A DNA stretch of 64,000 nt from NCBI GenBank assembly GCA_002269645.1, contig NIVC01000305.1, positions 372,001 to 436,000 of the forward strand, in the 5' to 3' direction. A model generated the notes under the pieces. It had not been told where the DNA came from. It saw only the letters and a program-made list of their open reading frames with translations, and did not search any database. Below, in pieces: positions 21,271-33,385 of this stretch (position 1 is the first letter of the stretch; each line of letters opens with the position of its first letter). The DNA comes from Macrostomum lignano. Lineage: Eukaryota. Both the position numbers and the translations under genes were made by a program.

Positions 21271-24200
21271 ATGGTTTTAGAGAACGTGAACATTCTTGGA
21301 CTGGTATCCGTGCTGCTGTTCTATCTGCTCATTCTAGCTGTGGGCATCTGGGCTGGACGAAGGAGCAAGAACCGCGGCGACAGCGAAGAGGTCATGGTGG
21401 CTGACAGGAGCATCGGGCTGACCGTGGGAATCTTCACGATGACTGGTGAGTCACAGATCTACGAGGGGCGTCCGGAAAGTAGTGTTACTATTACTCGGTG
21501 TGGACGTATGGAAAGTTGCACTTGCATGAGTTTGGTGTCATTTGAAAGCGGCAAGTCTCTTCTTTAAAATGACACCAATTGCAAGAGATTTGAATATGTG
21601 CTTCAAGAGATATGGACCAAGGGGCTTTAGCACTAAGGGGCTTTAGCACCAAGGGGCTTTAGCACCAAGGGGCTTTAGCACCAAGGGGCTTTAGCACCAA
21701 GGGGCGCCAGCACCAAGGGGCGCCAGCACCAAGGGGCGCCAGCACCAAGGGGCGCCAGCACCAAGGGGCGCCAGCACCAAGGGGCGCCAGCACCAAGGGG
21801 CGCCAGCACCAAGGGGCGCCAGCACCAAGGGGCGCCAGCACCAAGGGGCGCCAGCACCAAGGGGCGCCAGCACCAAGGGGCGCCAGCACCAAGGGGCGCC
21901 AGCACCAAGGGGCGCCAGCACCAAGGGGCGCCAGCACCAAGGGGCGCCAGCACCAAGGGGCGCCAGCACCAAGGGGCGCCAGCACCAAGGGGCGCCAGCA
22001 CCAAGGGGCGCCAGCACCAAGGGGCGCCAGCACCAAGGGGCGCCAGCACCAAGGGGCGCCAGCACCAAGGGGCGCCAGCACCAAGGGGCGCCAGCACCAA
22101 GGGGCGCCAGCACCAAGGGGCGCCAGCACCAAGGGGCGCCAGCACCAAGGGGCGCCAGCACCAAGGGGCGCCAGCACCAAGGGGCGCCAGCACCAAGGGG
22201 CGCCAGCACCAAGGGGCGCCAGCACCAAGGGGCGCCAGCACCAAGGGGCGCCACCACCAAGGGGCGCCAGCACCAAGGGGCGCCAGCACCAAGGGGCGCC
22301 AGCACCAAGGGGCGCCAGCACCAAGGGGCGCCAGCACCAAGGGGCGCCACCACCAAGGGGCGCCACCACCAAGGGGCGCCAGCACCAAGGGGCGCCAGCA
22401 CCAAGGGGCGCCAGCACAATTTCCTGTAAAAGTAGCTAGTAGTCCATACATATAAATAAGCCACTGATAATGACAATTGCTCCACAACTTTCCCATTCCA
22501 ACACGCACAGCCACCTGGGTTGGCGGAGGCTACATCAACGGCACGGCAGAGACGGTGTTCAACCCGGCCATCGCGGGCTGGTTGGTGCTCAGGCTCCGTT
22601 TGGCTACGCTTTCAGCCTGGTCTTCGGTTTGTAACAATTCTTGTAGATTTTGTGCGCACTATTTGCACCAACTACTTAAAGTAGACTTTTGCGAGTAAAG
22701 TGCATAATTTATAAATTAATTAGACTAAATAATAAGTATATAACGCGCTTCTTTTAACTGAGTTGCTGGGCCAGCCTCCCAGATCCTCAGTTGCTGGGCC
22801 AGCCCTGTCAGATCCTCAGTTGCTGGGCCAGCCCTGTCAGATCCTCAGTTGCTGGGCCAGCCTCCCAGATCCTCAGTTACTGGGCCAGCCTAGCAGATCC
22901 TCAGTTGCTGGGCCAGCCTCTCAGATCTTCAGTTGCTGGGCCAGCCTCCCAGATCCTCAGTTGCTGGGCCAGCCTAGCAGATCCTCAGTTGCTGGGCCAG
23001 CCTCCCAGATCCTCAGTTGCTGGGCCAACCCTCCCAGATCCTCAGTTGCTGGGCCAGCCTCCCAGATCCTCAGTTGCTGGGCCAGCCTCCCAGATCCTCA
23101 GTTGCTGGGCCAGCCCTGTCAGATCCTCAGTTGCTGGGCCAGCTTCCCAGATCCTCAGCTCAATAATACCAGCCACAATCGCTCTCACACCTAGGCGGGC
23201 TGTTCTTCGCGAACCAGATGCGCAGTAGGGGCTACGTGACCATGCTGGACCCGTTCCAGTACAAGTACGGCGAGAGAATGTGCGGCCTGCTGTTTGTGCC
23301 GGCTCTGCTTGGCGAAGTTTTCTGGTCGGCAGCGATTCTGTCCGCACTGGGTGAGCCTCATTAATAGCGAGAGGTGCAAGGTGCACCTACCTAAATGAGC
23401 ATTGAGTTGTCAGGGCAGCCTACTATGTGAATTTTCAAAGGACACGAGTGCCGGATAGAGAGGCTTCGCGGGCCGTCTGAGGCCCTTGTTTACATTCGAA
23501 CTAGGCAAAAATCATGTGGCGACGCGAACGCTTCCAGAGTCGAAGTAAAACTTAGGCATCTCAATGAAGACATTAAATTTACATCTGACACTCCAGATTG
23601 CGGGTTTTATGCTTGATTCAGATGCAACTTTAACCGTAACAGGAGATTAAAATTCGTTTCTGAATTTATTCAACACGCAGGCGCCACACTCAAAGTGATA
23701 CTAAACATGGACAACACTCACGCTGTGATTGTGTCAGCCTGCATCGCACTCGGCTACACTCTGTTTGGAGGTCTCTACTCGGTGGCTTACACAGACGTTG
23801 TGCAGCTGTTCTGCATATTTATTGGACTGGTAAATGATTGCTTCGGCGTCTGCTTGACGTTTTACCTAAAGGTGTCACCTGGATTTGTCTCCAAGTGTGC
23901 CTGCAAGTGTGATTGCCTAAAGTGCGTCCTGCACGTGATACATGATGTTTAACAGTTTAACCTTCACTGGGCAGCCTAGTTCAGAGTCTTCGATAACATC
24001 TTCCAGTGAATCCTGCTCATTCAGCAAACTCCTGAGAACATTTACAAGTGAGCCAGTGTCGTACACAGACACGCACGCATTCACACGCTCACACAGGGTG
24101 TACAACGGGCCCTAATTGATTTTCTAATCGTCAGGCATGTACACTCTCTGTCAGTGATGGGCACCGCTAAATTTATTTTTAGCGCCGCTAATTAGCGCTG

Positions 24201-26740
24201 TCGCTAACTGATAGAAGAAAAAAGTTGGTGATCGCTAATTAGCGGGCGCCATTTCTACTTTGAGTTTTGCGCAATTAGCGCCGCTAATTTTGGAATGCGC
24301 TAATTAATAAATACATTTAATATAAACTGCCGTTTCACACGTACTTATGCGCTATTGCACATTTTTAACTCACACTTTTTAAATGAATAAGCTATATAAT
24401 AATGCTATTGCTAATAATTTGTTTTTATTATCAATCCTAATAAAAAATCCTCAAGCCGCTGAACTGTCAGAGCAACAGTTATTAGAAAGAGTTCCTAAAC
24501 TACAATGCTGTTTGCCTTGAAAAACGTCAAGGGCCCTTGCTACCGGGGCCATGGTCTTATACTCAAGAAGGAAGGCCTGTCGCTTCGCATCATCGCTTAG
24601 AATATCAACTGAGTTGAACGTTGAATTCTTTGATTAAATTAAATTAATCAACAACTTTTTGCTAACGAATTAAAGGTAGTAAGAAAACTTTTGAAAGTCA
24701 ATGATGAAAACAAGATAAATTGTTGATAACGAAAGCAAAAAAAAGATATTCAAATTTCGTTTCGCATTTCTAAGAAAATTAGAAACATTTTAGAGATTTA
24801 GTATAGGTGGATTTACGTAATATTTAACTTATTACTCAAATATGGTCTCATTTTAAGTATTAAACAGTCATTAACCGTCTAGTTTTATAGCAAAAAAAAT
24901 GAATTTAGCGCAATTAGCGATTTTCAGAAAATAATAGCGGCGCTTTGATAGCGCCCGCTAATTTGAATTTCAATTTAGTGGAATTAGCGGCGCTAACAAA
25001 ACGTTAGCGGCGCATTAGCGGAATTCAAATTTAGCGGCGCTAGTGCCTATCACTGCTCTCTGTGCTTTGTGGGTTGGCCCTCATGGTTGCGAATCACAGG
25101 ACAACCCCCAGAAATATTTTCTGGCACAAGCAAGACCCAAATGAATGTTGCCGCACACGGAATAAAACCAGGGGTACTAGTCAGATGCTTCAATTGAATA
25201 GAATGATACATTGAAAGCTTGCTGATTGAGAGCCAACCTATTCACACTTTATCCTCATCAGTGGCTCTCCATTCCGTTCGCCATGATGAACCCGCTGGTG
25301 CAGCCCATCGCAACCACAGCGCTCACTCGGGTTGTGAACGGCACCGAACAGACCGGCTGGCTGGGCACCGTGGCACCTCAGGATGCCGCTTACTACGCCG
25401 ATAATTTTTTGATGCTCACCTTTGGCGGCATACCCTGGCAGGTGTATTTTCAACGCGTTCTGTCGGCCAAGACGGCTCGAAATGCTCAGTTATTGTCGTA
25501 CATTGCCGCCTTTGGCTGCTTGGTGATGGCTCTGCCATCCGTTCTAATTGGAGCTGTGGCAGCTTCAACAGGTAAGAGAGCTCTCTCTGTGCCGCGCGCT
25601 GATGATTTCTCCACCACATCAAATATCACACTGACCCTGATGCAACGTCTTTTGACGCAGTCATACGCACAGGCACACACTCATACAGGAGTGTACAGCG
25701 GCCCTAACTTTATTTATCTTCGTAAATTGCACTAGCAGACCCGAGCCGAGATTCCAATTTAGTCCGAAATTAACGTGACTGCACTTGGAATCGAGCCTGG
25801 GCCGCTGGCACATGGAGCACCGCACCAGACTACTAGGATACGTCCCCCCAACAAATGCCCCTATTCCATCTTACAAACTGGTAACATGCGCATGGTACTG
25901 TTCATGTGGTATCATTAGCCTTGTCCAACACATTCCCCTGCCCCACTGCCAGACTGGGAGAGCACAGCCTACTTCAACCTGACCCAGTCGACGCCATTTA
26001 GCAAAGACGACATGAAGCTGATTCTGCCGCTAGTCCTGCAGTACCTCTGCCCGCCGGCCGTCGCTTTTGTCGGCTTGGGCGTCGTCTCCGCCGCCGTGAT
26101 GTCCTCAGCGGACAGCTCGATCCTCTCTGCCGCTTCCATGTTCGCTCGCAATGTGATGAAGCCGATTTTTTGGCTGACGGCAACTGACCGCCACGTCATC
26201 TGGTCGATGCGGGCAGCCATTGTAGTTGTTGGCATCATTGCTTGCATCTTAGCCATCCAGATCTCGACAATCTACGGCTTGTGGTTCCTCTGTTCGGATC
26301 TTGTCTATGTAGTCCTGTTCCCGCAGCTGATCTCTGTTATCTACCTAGACTGGTCCAACACGTACGGCAGTTTGGCCGGTTACGTCACCGGGATGTTTCT
26401 GAGAATATCGGCCGGCGAGGCGCTGATCTTCCTGCCCGCTCTGTTCCACTATCCCGGCTTTGTTGACGGCAGCGAATTTTATCAACGATTTCCCGTTAAA
26501 ACATTCAGCATGCTGGCTTCGTTGGCTTCGTCCGCTCTAGTGAGCTACATGACTCACCGACTTTTCACTGAAGGAAAGCTGCCACCTGCTTGGGATGTTT
26601 TTCAATGCGTTGTCCCGAAGGAGACTCGAAGTGTCACCATCGCTGCTGCTGCTGAAGATGATGATGGATTGATGCTGCCACCAATGGTTCAGCCGAAGCC
26701 AGAGGCCAACGAGCCTGAGTTGCGATCTGATATTGATTAA
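21271..26740 (+). CDS. SLC5A7: High-affinity choline transporter (SLC5A7/CHT1/cho-1); 6 exons, with a 1-bp frameshift in exon 2
   Basis: Exons 21271-21445, 22511-22626, 23195-23350, 23681-23829, 25262-25571, 25953-26740. Signature stretches: [94 protein letters not shown]. About 564 aa once the missing base is restored. Confidence 0.95.
21615..22416. repeat. 16-bp GC-rich minisatellite in SLC5A7 intron 1
   Basis: Unit AGCACCAAGGGGCGCC, nearly perfect. Confidence 0.97.
22757..23160. repeat. 28-bp minisatellite in SLC5A7 intron 2 (same family as DNMT3 intron 6)
   Basis: Unit CTCAGTTGCTGGGCCAGCCTCCCAGATC, the reverse complement of the 2533-2903 unit. Confidence 0.95.
24152..25055. mobile_element. 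Non-autonomous hAT element (MITE) in SLC5A7 intron 4
   Basis: TIRs CAGTGATGGGCAC / GTGCCTATCACTG; perfect 8-bp TSD CTCTCTGT (24144-24151 and 25056-25063); many subterminal TAGCGGCGCTA-like motifs. Confidence 0.88.
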
Positions 26741-27684
26741 GCTTGGACATCCGCGTTGTAGCGGGTTAGTACAGTCTACATATAGCTTGACAAAATTTAT
26801 TGTTGTTTTAATACTAAAGTATTAAAGTAGTTTAGGAATAAAACTTAAGGCTATCTATATGTATAGATAAAGCTACTTAAATATTTTTATAATTGGGTAG
26901 CTCATCCGTTAGCTGTAGATATAAAAATGCACACGCTCCGGAAAACAAGAAAGTTGAATATTGTATTTGATTAATGCTATTTTCTCATTCGCAGTTATTC
27001 ACAAAATTCGAGGTTGTTTTTTTTTATTTAAAAATTTTGATTTTTTAAAAATCTGCTTGAAACATATACTGTCAAAGTATTATTGTTTTTCAATATCTAA
27101 CTTTACATATTTTTGCTGTTATTTTTAATATAAATTTTGCGCTCATATTTGTGCATTGCATACTGTAGTATCAATGCCGATGCAAACGATAGTTATTCCG
27201 TTTCAAAAAGGTTGTAGAATCAATATTTAACTTTTTAATCAAGGATTTTGTTTAAAGTATTTTTTAATTGCTACCTCGCAAATCCTCAGCAGTTTTATTC
27301 ATTTTTAGTCAAATCGACGAAGGTTGTATCTTGATGTTCATTTTTTTATAGCTCTTTCTGTGCATGTAGTTTTTTTAACTTTTCGGCTGACACTTTTATG
27401 TTTTACGATAGTTTGTGTCCATTCTACTTTTGCGATTAATTTAACATGAAAATTCACTCAAATACACGTTGATTTTTACAGCACTCTTTGTTGAAGCGCT
27501 GCCCGAACTTAGAAGAGATGGACTATCAAGCTTATTAAATAATAAAACTTATTCCACACTTAGAATTAACTGACTATTAGCTGATTAACTGACTCCCCTT
27601 TTTCATGGCTGTATAATTTTAATTTTTCGAGACTACGATGGGAACAAGCCTACTACAACTATCGCCTGTTTTGGGCCTTCTAAA

Positions 27685-27748
27685 AGTAGTAGTAGTAGTA
27701 GTTGCTGTAGTAGTAGTAGTAGTATTAGTAGTTGTAGTAGTAGTTGTT

Positions 27749-27826
<78 letters not shown>
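27685..27826. repeat. (GTA)n microsatellite
   Basis: Direct observation. Confidence 0.95.
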
Positions 27827-28165
27827 TCTGTTTTGTTGTTTTGTAGTTCTGATTCTCAGAAATTCTGTATTGCGTTTCTCAGCATGATCAGCTTCAGCGA
27901 ATGCCTTTCTAAATAGAGCGTCTTTGTAAAATAATTTGAACGGGCGAACAAGGAGTGTTTAACTATTTATAGGCTCCACCATACCGCTCACTGCCCAGTA
28001 CACAAACCGACGTTGAAAAACATGAAGTGCAGTATTTGATTTTACCCTCATTGCCGTCAACCTTAATGAATTATTCATGAAGATCTTAAACCGCCTTAAT
28101 TTTACTGGAATAACACTGCACGCGGTAAGTCCTTCATAAGAACGGCACGGTAAAGAGCTCCTCAC

Positions 28166-29559
28166 ATGGCATTCTCTGGCTGTGCGCCTACCAAAATGCC
28201 GGGGCCTCCGAACGACATGCTGACGGAGCTGCAGAACCGGCAGCGGGCCTACATTCAAAGCACTTGTGAGCCGCCATCGCCAACCCACGAGCCCGAACGT
28301 GACGTTGTTGAAGACTGCAACAACGGTTCTAGACAACGACAGAATGCTAAAACGATGGTGACTGGTGAAGGTCAGTGTGAGTTGCCGATGCTCTGGTGGT
28401 TACACATGTAACTTATGTACAGAATTCTTCGGTATCGACAACAGGCAATTGCGGCTGTCAGCATGCTGGCGTATGTCACTTTACATGACAATAATTAAAG
28501 ACTAGAACCCTACAGCAATCCGACATATCGATGTGACTAGCAAATTATTACTGTTACACTACAGCGACGTTCACCCGACGTCTACAATTACGATGACAAG
28601 GGTGTTCACAAACATCCTGGATGCCACTGCTGAACCAGGAACTTCTCTTCCCGCGCTCGCCAGCACTTTAGCCTCTCTCTCTGCTCGTTCTCCTTTGCCG
28701 ACTCGCCCGCCAGCACATCCGGCCTCCTCATTGCCTTCAATACCACAACGGCTGGGAATCCACTTCAGGATGAATTGGTGAACAGTTTGGACCAGCTTCT
28801 TACTAAGCTCTTTACGGATTTTGCTACCTAACGGATTTCTACCTCTGCCGCTGATCATATGCAGCCCGCTCTTGTTATCCATGTAAATTAGCGCCTTCTT
28901 CCAGGCGTGTTAGAGTCTCCAACCATCTGACCGCCTGAGAAGTACGGAACGCAAAGTTCCGCATGAGAAGAAGACGCGAGTCTTCCGCCCGCCACTTTCC
29001 GCAGCTCGATCGGCCCTCTGCTGCTCTTTGATCTGCCCACCACGCCACCTCCCCTACTGCCCGCCTTGTCCACAGAAGCAACCATCTGTGAGGATTGTCA
29101 AGTGCACGGGTACTAGACTTATTTCTATACTAGTGGTTCTTTGACAAAAAATATCATCACACGTAACTCTGACACATCACCTAAAGATGCATCACTTGGA
29201 ATTTGAGGAGTCTGAATATGGATATGATATGGTGGATATGACTAATGGACTCCAAAAAAGCAGAACGTCGGTTTTGAAAAAAAGAGCCCTAACTCAACAA
29301 TTGAATCGAAGTTTAAGCTCAAGGTTGTATTTATTTAATTTTTCGTACATAATACGATTCAAACACAATTCCAGCTCACCACAGCAGTACGTGCCGTATT
29401 TTGCTGAGCCAAATCTCAGCCCTGGGAGCTGTGGGTCTGACGATCAGCCTGACCGGCCTCATCACCGTCTGCGTGGGATTCGCCTTGAGCAGATCCGCCA
29501 TCGGCGAGTTCGTGCGACAGCATCAGGACCGACATGATGTCACGTTCGACATGATGTGA
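28166..29559 (+). CDS. Possible two-exon orphan small membrane protein (~130 aa, one C-terminal hydrophobic helix)
   Basis: ATG at 28166 open to donor AAG|GTCAGT at 28370. Acceptor TTCCAG| at 29374 is phase-compatible and gives ...ISALGAVGLTISLTGLITVCVGFAL...DMM*. No family recognised. Confidence 0.3.
28690..29090 (-). mobile_element. Decayed LINE RNase H fragment
   Basis: Minus-strand translation gives SSSHAEL, DNKSGLHMI and ILKWIPSRCGIEGNEEA, matching the RNase H AEL / SDS / WIPSHCGIxGNExAD motifs. Confidence 0.6.
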
Positions 29560-32083
29560 GGCTGCAATGCGGTCTGTTAAATAACATAAGCAGTGTTTTG
29601 ACTTCTTGGTCAGCTGAAGCAGGACCATTTTTGCAGGAAATTTTTAGGATTAGATTTTGAATAGCTCGCCTTCTGGATTGCCGAATTCTCGGAATCTGGC
29701 CTCTTTCAGATACTTTTTAAACAGCTAGGAAGGCAAGTAAACCTGATAAGTAATCTCTTTTACCTACGCCAGGTGTCCCAATGTGACCAACAGTATCATA
29801 GGTATCGTTGTTGGAAGCTTCACGTACTCGGCGATCCACTTTCTAGTTAATTGCGTCACATCTACTGGCTTCGGCTTCGGCTGCCGAAAGCGAACACTCG
29901 TGGCTATTGTGAGTAGCTATTTTTGTTAAACAGCATCTCTTTAACACGTCTCAATGGCAAAGCCATTTAGCACGTCTTCCTGTCAAGGAATTTTTTTCGC
30001 ACATTCACTTTCTGGAGCAACTGTGGCACAAAAGCGTTCTTCGTCTTTCCAAGTGCGCTCAGCAAACCGATGTCAGCGATGTCGGGTAAGAAATTTCGCA
30101 CGGGAAGGTTCCAAAACGTTGTGTACTGTCCAAAGTATAGCTGAACTGCTCTGACCACTTCCAACAGGGGTCGGCATGCACACTCCGACCCGCGGACCAC
30201 ACAAGCGGCCCGCGAAGCCTCTATCCGACCTTCGGGTCCGAGAAACTTCACGGGTAGTGTCTCTGTTAACTCTCTTTTTTATTCTATTCCCTCTCCTCTC
30301 TTTCTTCCTCTCCCTTCTGTCTCCCATTCTCTCCACCCTCTTCTTCCACCTGCTCTATACCCTAATTCTTCCTTCTTTGCCTTTTTTTCCTCTATTCCCT
30401 CTCTTCTCTCTGGCCGGCAGTCATGCGCTAGATTATATACTTGTCCCTAAAGTCAAAACAGTTTGCCGACATCCGACTTAGAGCTTTTTTAATACTCGTA
30501 ATTTCTGCTTATCTACATCATTACTTGAATTTCTTATGACTTTCCAAAACAAATCATTTTCGGCTCTTACAAAAGCAAATAGTAATCCTGACGTCGAAAG
30601 AAGTCGACGACGTACGTTGGATTGTTGCACAAGTAAGCAGTAAAACAGATTGCTAACAAGTCAGATCTCCTGACCCTCAACCGCAGTGGCTGACTCTGGA
30701 CATATTCGTGACAGCTGGGTGGTGTCTGCTATCCTGCCTGTCCTTCGTGCCCCTGTTCGCTCACCTGGCCTACTCCAGTCGATTAAAACGAGGCGTACAT
30801 GACTTGGACCTGAATCATTACATCACCGCGTTGGTGGTAAATCCTAACCTAATAGTTACAATGACAACAGGTGACGAAGCATCCGCCTTGAAGCCGGCTG
30901 TGAGGAAACAACGATTTCAACTTAAAAACCTTATAATAAAAAACCGAATTACATCATATATAAAAGTACGAGAAATCCTTTTCAGTCGTTCTCTACATTT
31001 TATCCAATATTAACGCTATACATTGGAAACTGCGTTGTGACAGCTAGTCTGGTAAACTCCATTAATTTATTGGATTTGACTTGTTATACAACAGCTTATA
31101 GTAGTCCTTTAGCTTCACCGGTTAGCCAGTAGCTTCGCTTAATAGTAGCAAGTAGAGTGTAGTTTCATTAAATTTTAATTCAGTTTTAGCTAAAATAACG
31201 AACAAACAAATTTCGCTGCAGGTACTTCAAGCGAGTTGCCTTGCTGTAAATCTGGTTACAAACCAAATACTTCGTGGTAATCGGCAAGAAAAATCATCCA
31301 ATAATCGACGAGATATACAAAGTCAGCCTGCTGTCACTGATCAATCGAGGCAAGTCGTTGCTATGAATACTACAGGCTGCATCTTGCCAAACTAAATTTG
31401 ATCGATAATAAATACTTAAAACAAATACTTGAATTTACTTCAAACGTATCCCTCCAAAGTATCTTTTTATCACACTTTGTTAATCACAATTTAATAGTGA
31501 TTAGGTGAATAAGATAAACAACCTACTTGAGTCAACAAATATACTCTGAAGTTGTTAAGCCGTTAATATGCGAGAGGTAACATATTTCCAGGCAAAATAA
31601 CATACATGTAACATAATAAGTTAAAATGTCATATAGTTAATTACACAACCGACTCTAAAAATGATAGAGCCAACTCAATTAGAGATAAAAGCTCGTCGAC
31701 AAATACGCACGAAACTAACAAAAGATTATTTACATTAATTAATTTCCAAGGCAAACGCACTGTCGGGGCCACATCAAGTTAGCCAACCTAGTCAAACACA
31801 GGCGCAAATAATCCATCAATTTATGAGTTAGCCAATAGCACTACATGTAAATGGGATTGCCATTCAATTATCGGGTATTTCCTATTCCCCGATAGCAAAT
31901 AACCATGATTGCTGCCCATGAACACTGCTTAGTTTGGACTATATGCAATCATAAAACGCATACCGGATGCAATATTGTCAGCTTCAATACATCCATTGTA
32001 GCATTCAGAGACTACATGTACATATAACAGCATCGCAGATGCGTATTAGTCGAATTAGAAGCATCTAAGTCGAATCTTTCGCG

Positions 32084-33385
32084 ATGGCTGTCGAAAGCAT
32101 GAAGCTACTTGCAATATTGCTTCTGTTCTGTTCGATCCTGGCAACGGAAAGCATCGCCAAGCGGAGAGACTATCAAGCCGAGCTGTTCAAATACTTGAAG
32201 AACAACATTACTGACTACAGTCCGAAACTGCGACCTACGCTCGACCTAGACCAGGATGTGGAAGTACACGTCATCGCCTCGCCAAGAATGATTGTATCCG
32301 TGGACAGCGCCAAGCAGAGCATGACAATAGCTGGCATGTTTTTTGCCAGCTGGTACGAGGAGCGACTGGTCTGGGACCCCCAGCTGTTCGGGAATGTCAC
32401 AATGATGGACTGGGACAGCAACCAGCTCTGGCTCCCGGTCATAATCGTCTACAACGGCATGGGAGACAATCAACTGCTCAGTCCTCAGTTTCCGCCGTAC
32501 ATCACTTCCGTGCAGTCCAATTTGTCAGTGGTATCGACAACCTGGAGACAGGAGTGGGAGTTCTCTTGCGAGTTTAATATGACCCGCTTCCCTCTGGACC
32601 GTCACATCTGCGACATGGAGCTGTTCATGAATGCCCGCGCATTGGACAAAATCGTCCCGAGAAAAGGCTTATTATTGGCAAACTCATCGTTTGAATATAA
32701 TGAAGGCGCAGCTTTTGCTCGTAACAGCGAATGGCGGGTGCTGAACCTCAGCACATTCATACGGTACAACGACTTCAAAATGTTCAAAAGTCAGCCGCCA
32801 GTGAAAATGCCGACCTTTGTGATGCGACTGGAGATTGAGCGAGTGTCTACTTACTACATGCTCAACGTGGTGGCTCCCCTAATGCTGCTCACGCTGCTCC
32901 AGGTGCTCGTCTTCTTCGTGCCCGTCGAGTCTGGAGAGAAGCTGGGCTTCGGCATCACCATCACGCTGAGCTACACGGTGTTCCTGCTGCTACTGGACGG
33001 CCTGCTGCCCAAGTCGCAGTCGATGCCGGCCGTGGCGTCGTTCATCACGGCGGCCATGGTGCTGTCGACGTCGTCTCTGCTGCTGACGTCGGTGTCGATT
33101 CGGTTCCACTTCGCTGCGGAGTCTCAGCCGATGCCGTCGTGTCTCCGGTTCATGTTCGTGAGCTGCCTGGGCCGCGCGATGCTGTGCGGTGAGAGGCGAG
33201 GCGGCAGCAGGACGGCGCCGGAGGGAGACGCCGATGACTCCGTGGTGAGCAAGGCGAGCGACGTCGGTGAAAGGCGCTCGGAGTGGCAGGTCGCAGCGGT
33301 CGCCGTGGAGCGGCTGATGATTTTCTTGGGCTGTCCTGCCGCAGTGGCCATTGTGGTTGCATTTGTCATTGTTCCATCCTGTTAA
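32084..33385 (+). CDS. Intronless Cys-loop ligand-gated ion channel, divergent nAChR-like non-alpha subunit; copy 1 (A-type ectodomain, B-type tail)
   Basis: 433-aa single ORF with signal peptide, Cys-loop CEFNMTRFPLDRHIC, M1-M2 PVESGEKLGFGIT, M3 and M4, and a short M3-M4 loop. No vicinal cysteines. Confidence 0.92.
   Translation: MAVESMKLLAILLLFCSILATESIAKRRDYQAELFKYLKNNITDYSPKLRPTLDLDQDVEVHVIASPRMIVSVDSAKQSMTIAGMFFASWYEERLVWDPQLFGNVTMMDWDSNQLWLPVIIVYNGMGDNQLLSPQFPPYITSVQSNLSVVSTTWRQEWEFSCEFNMTRFPLDRHICDMELFMNARALDKIVPRKGLLLANSSFEYNEGAAFARNSEWRVLNLSTFIRYNDFKMFKSQPPVKMPTFVMRLEIERVSTYYMLNVVAPLMLLTLLQVLVFFVPVESGEKLGFGITITLSYTVFLLLLDGLLPKSQSMPAVASFITAAMVLSTSSLLLTSVSIRFHFAAESQPMPSCLRFMFVSCLGRAMLCGERRGGSRTAPEGDADDSVVSKASDVGERRSEWQVAAVAVERLMIFLGCPAAVAIVVAFVIVPSC

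Noticed and set aside
27638-27916. Poly-valine hydrophobic ORF
   Set aside because: Translation of a (GTA)n microsatellite.
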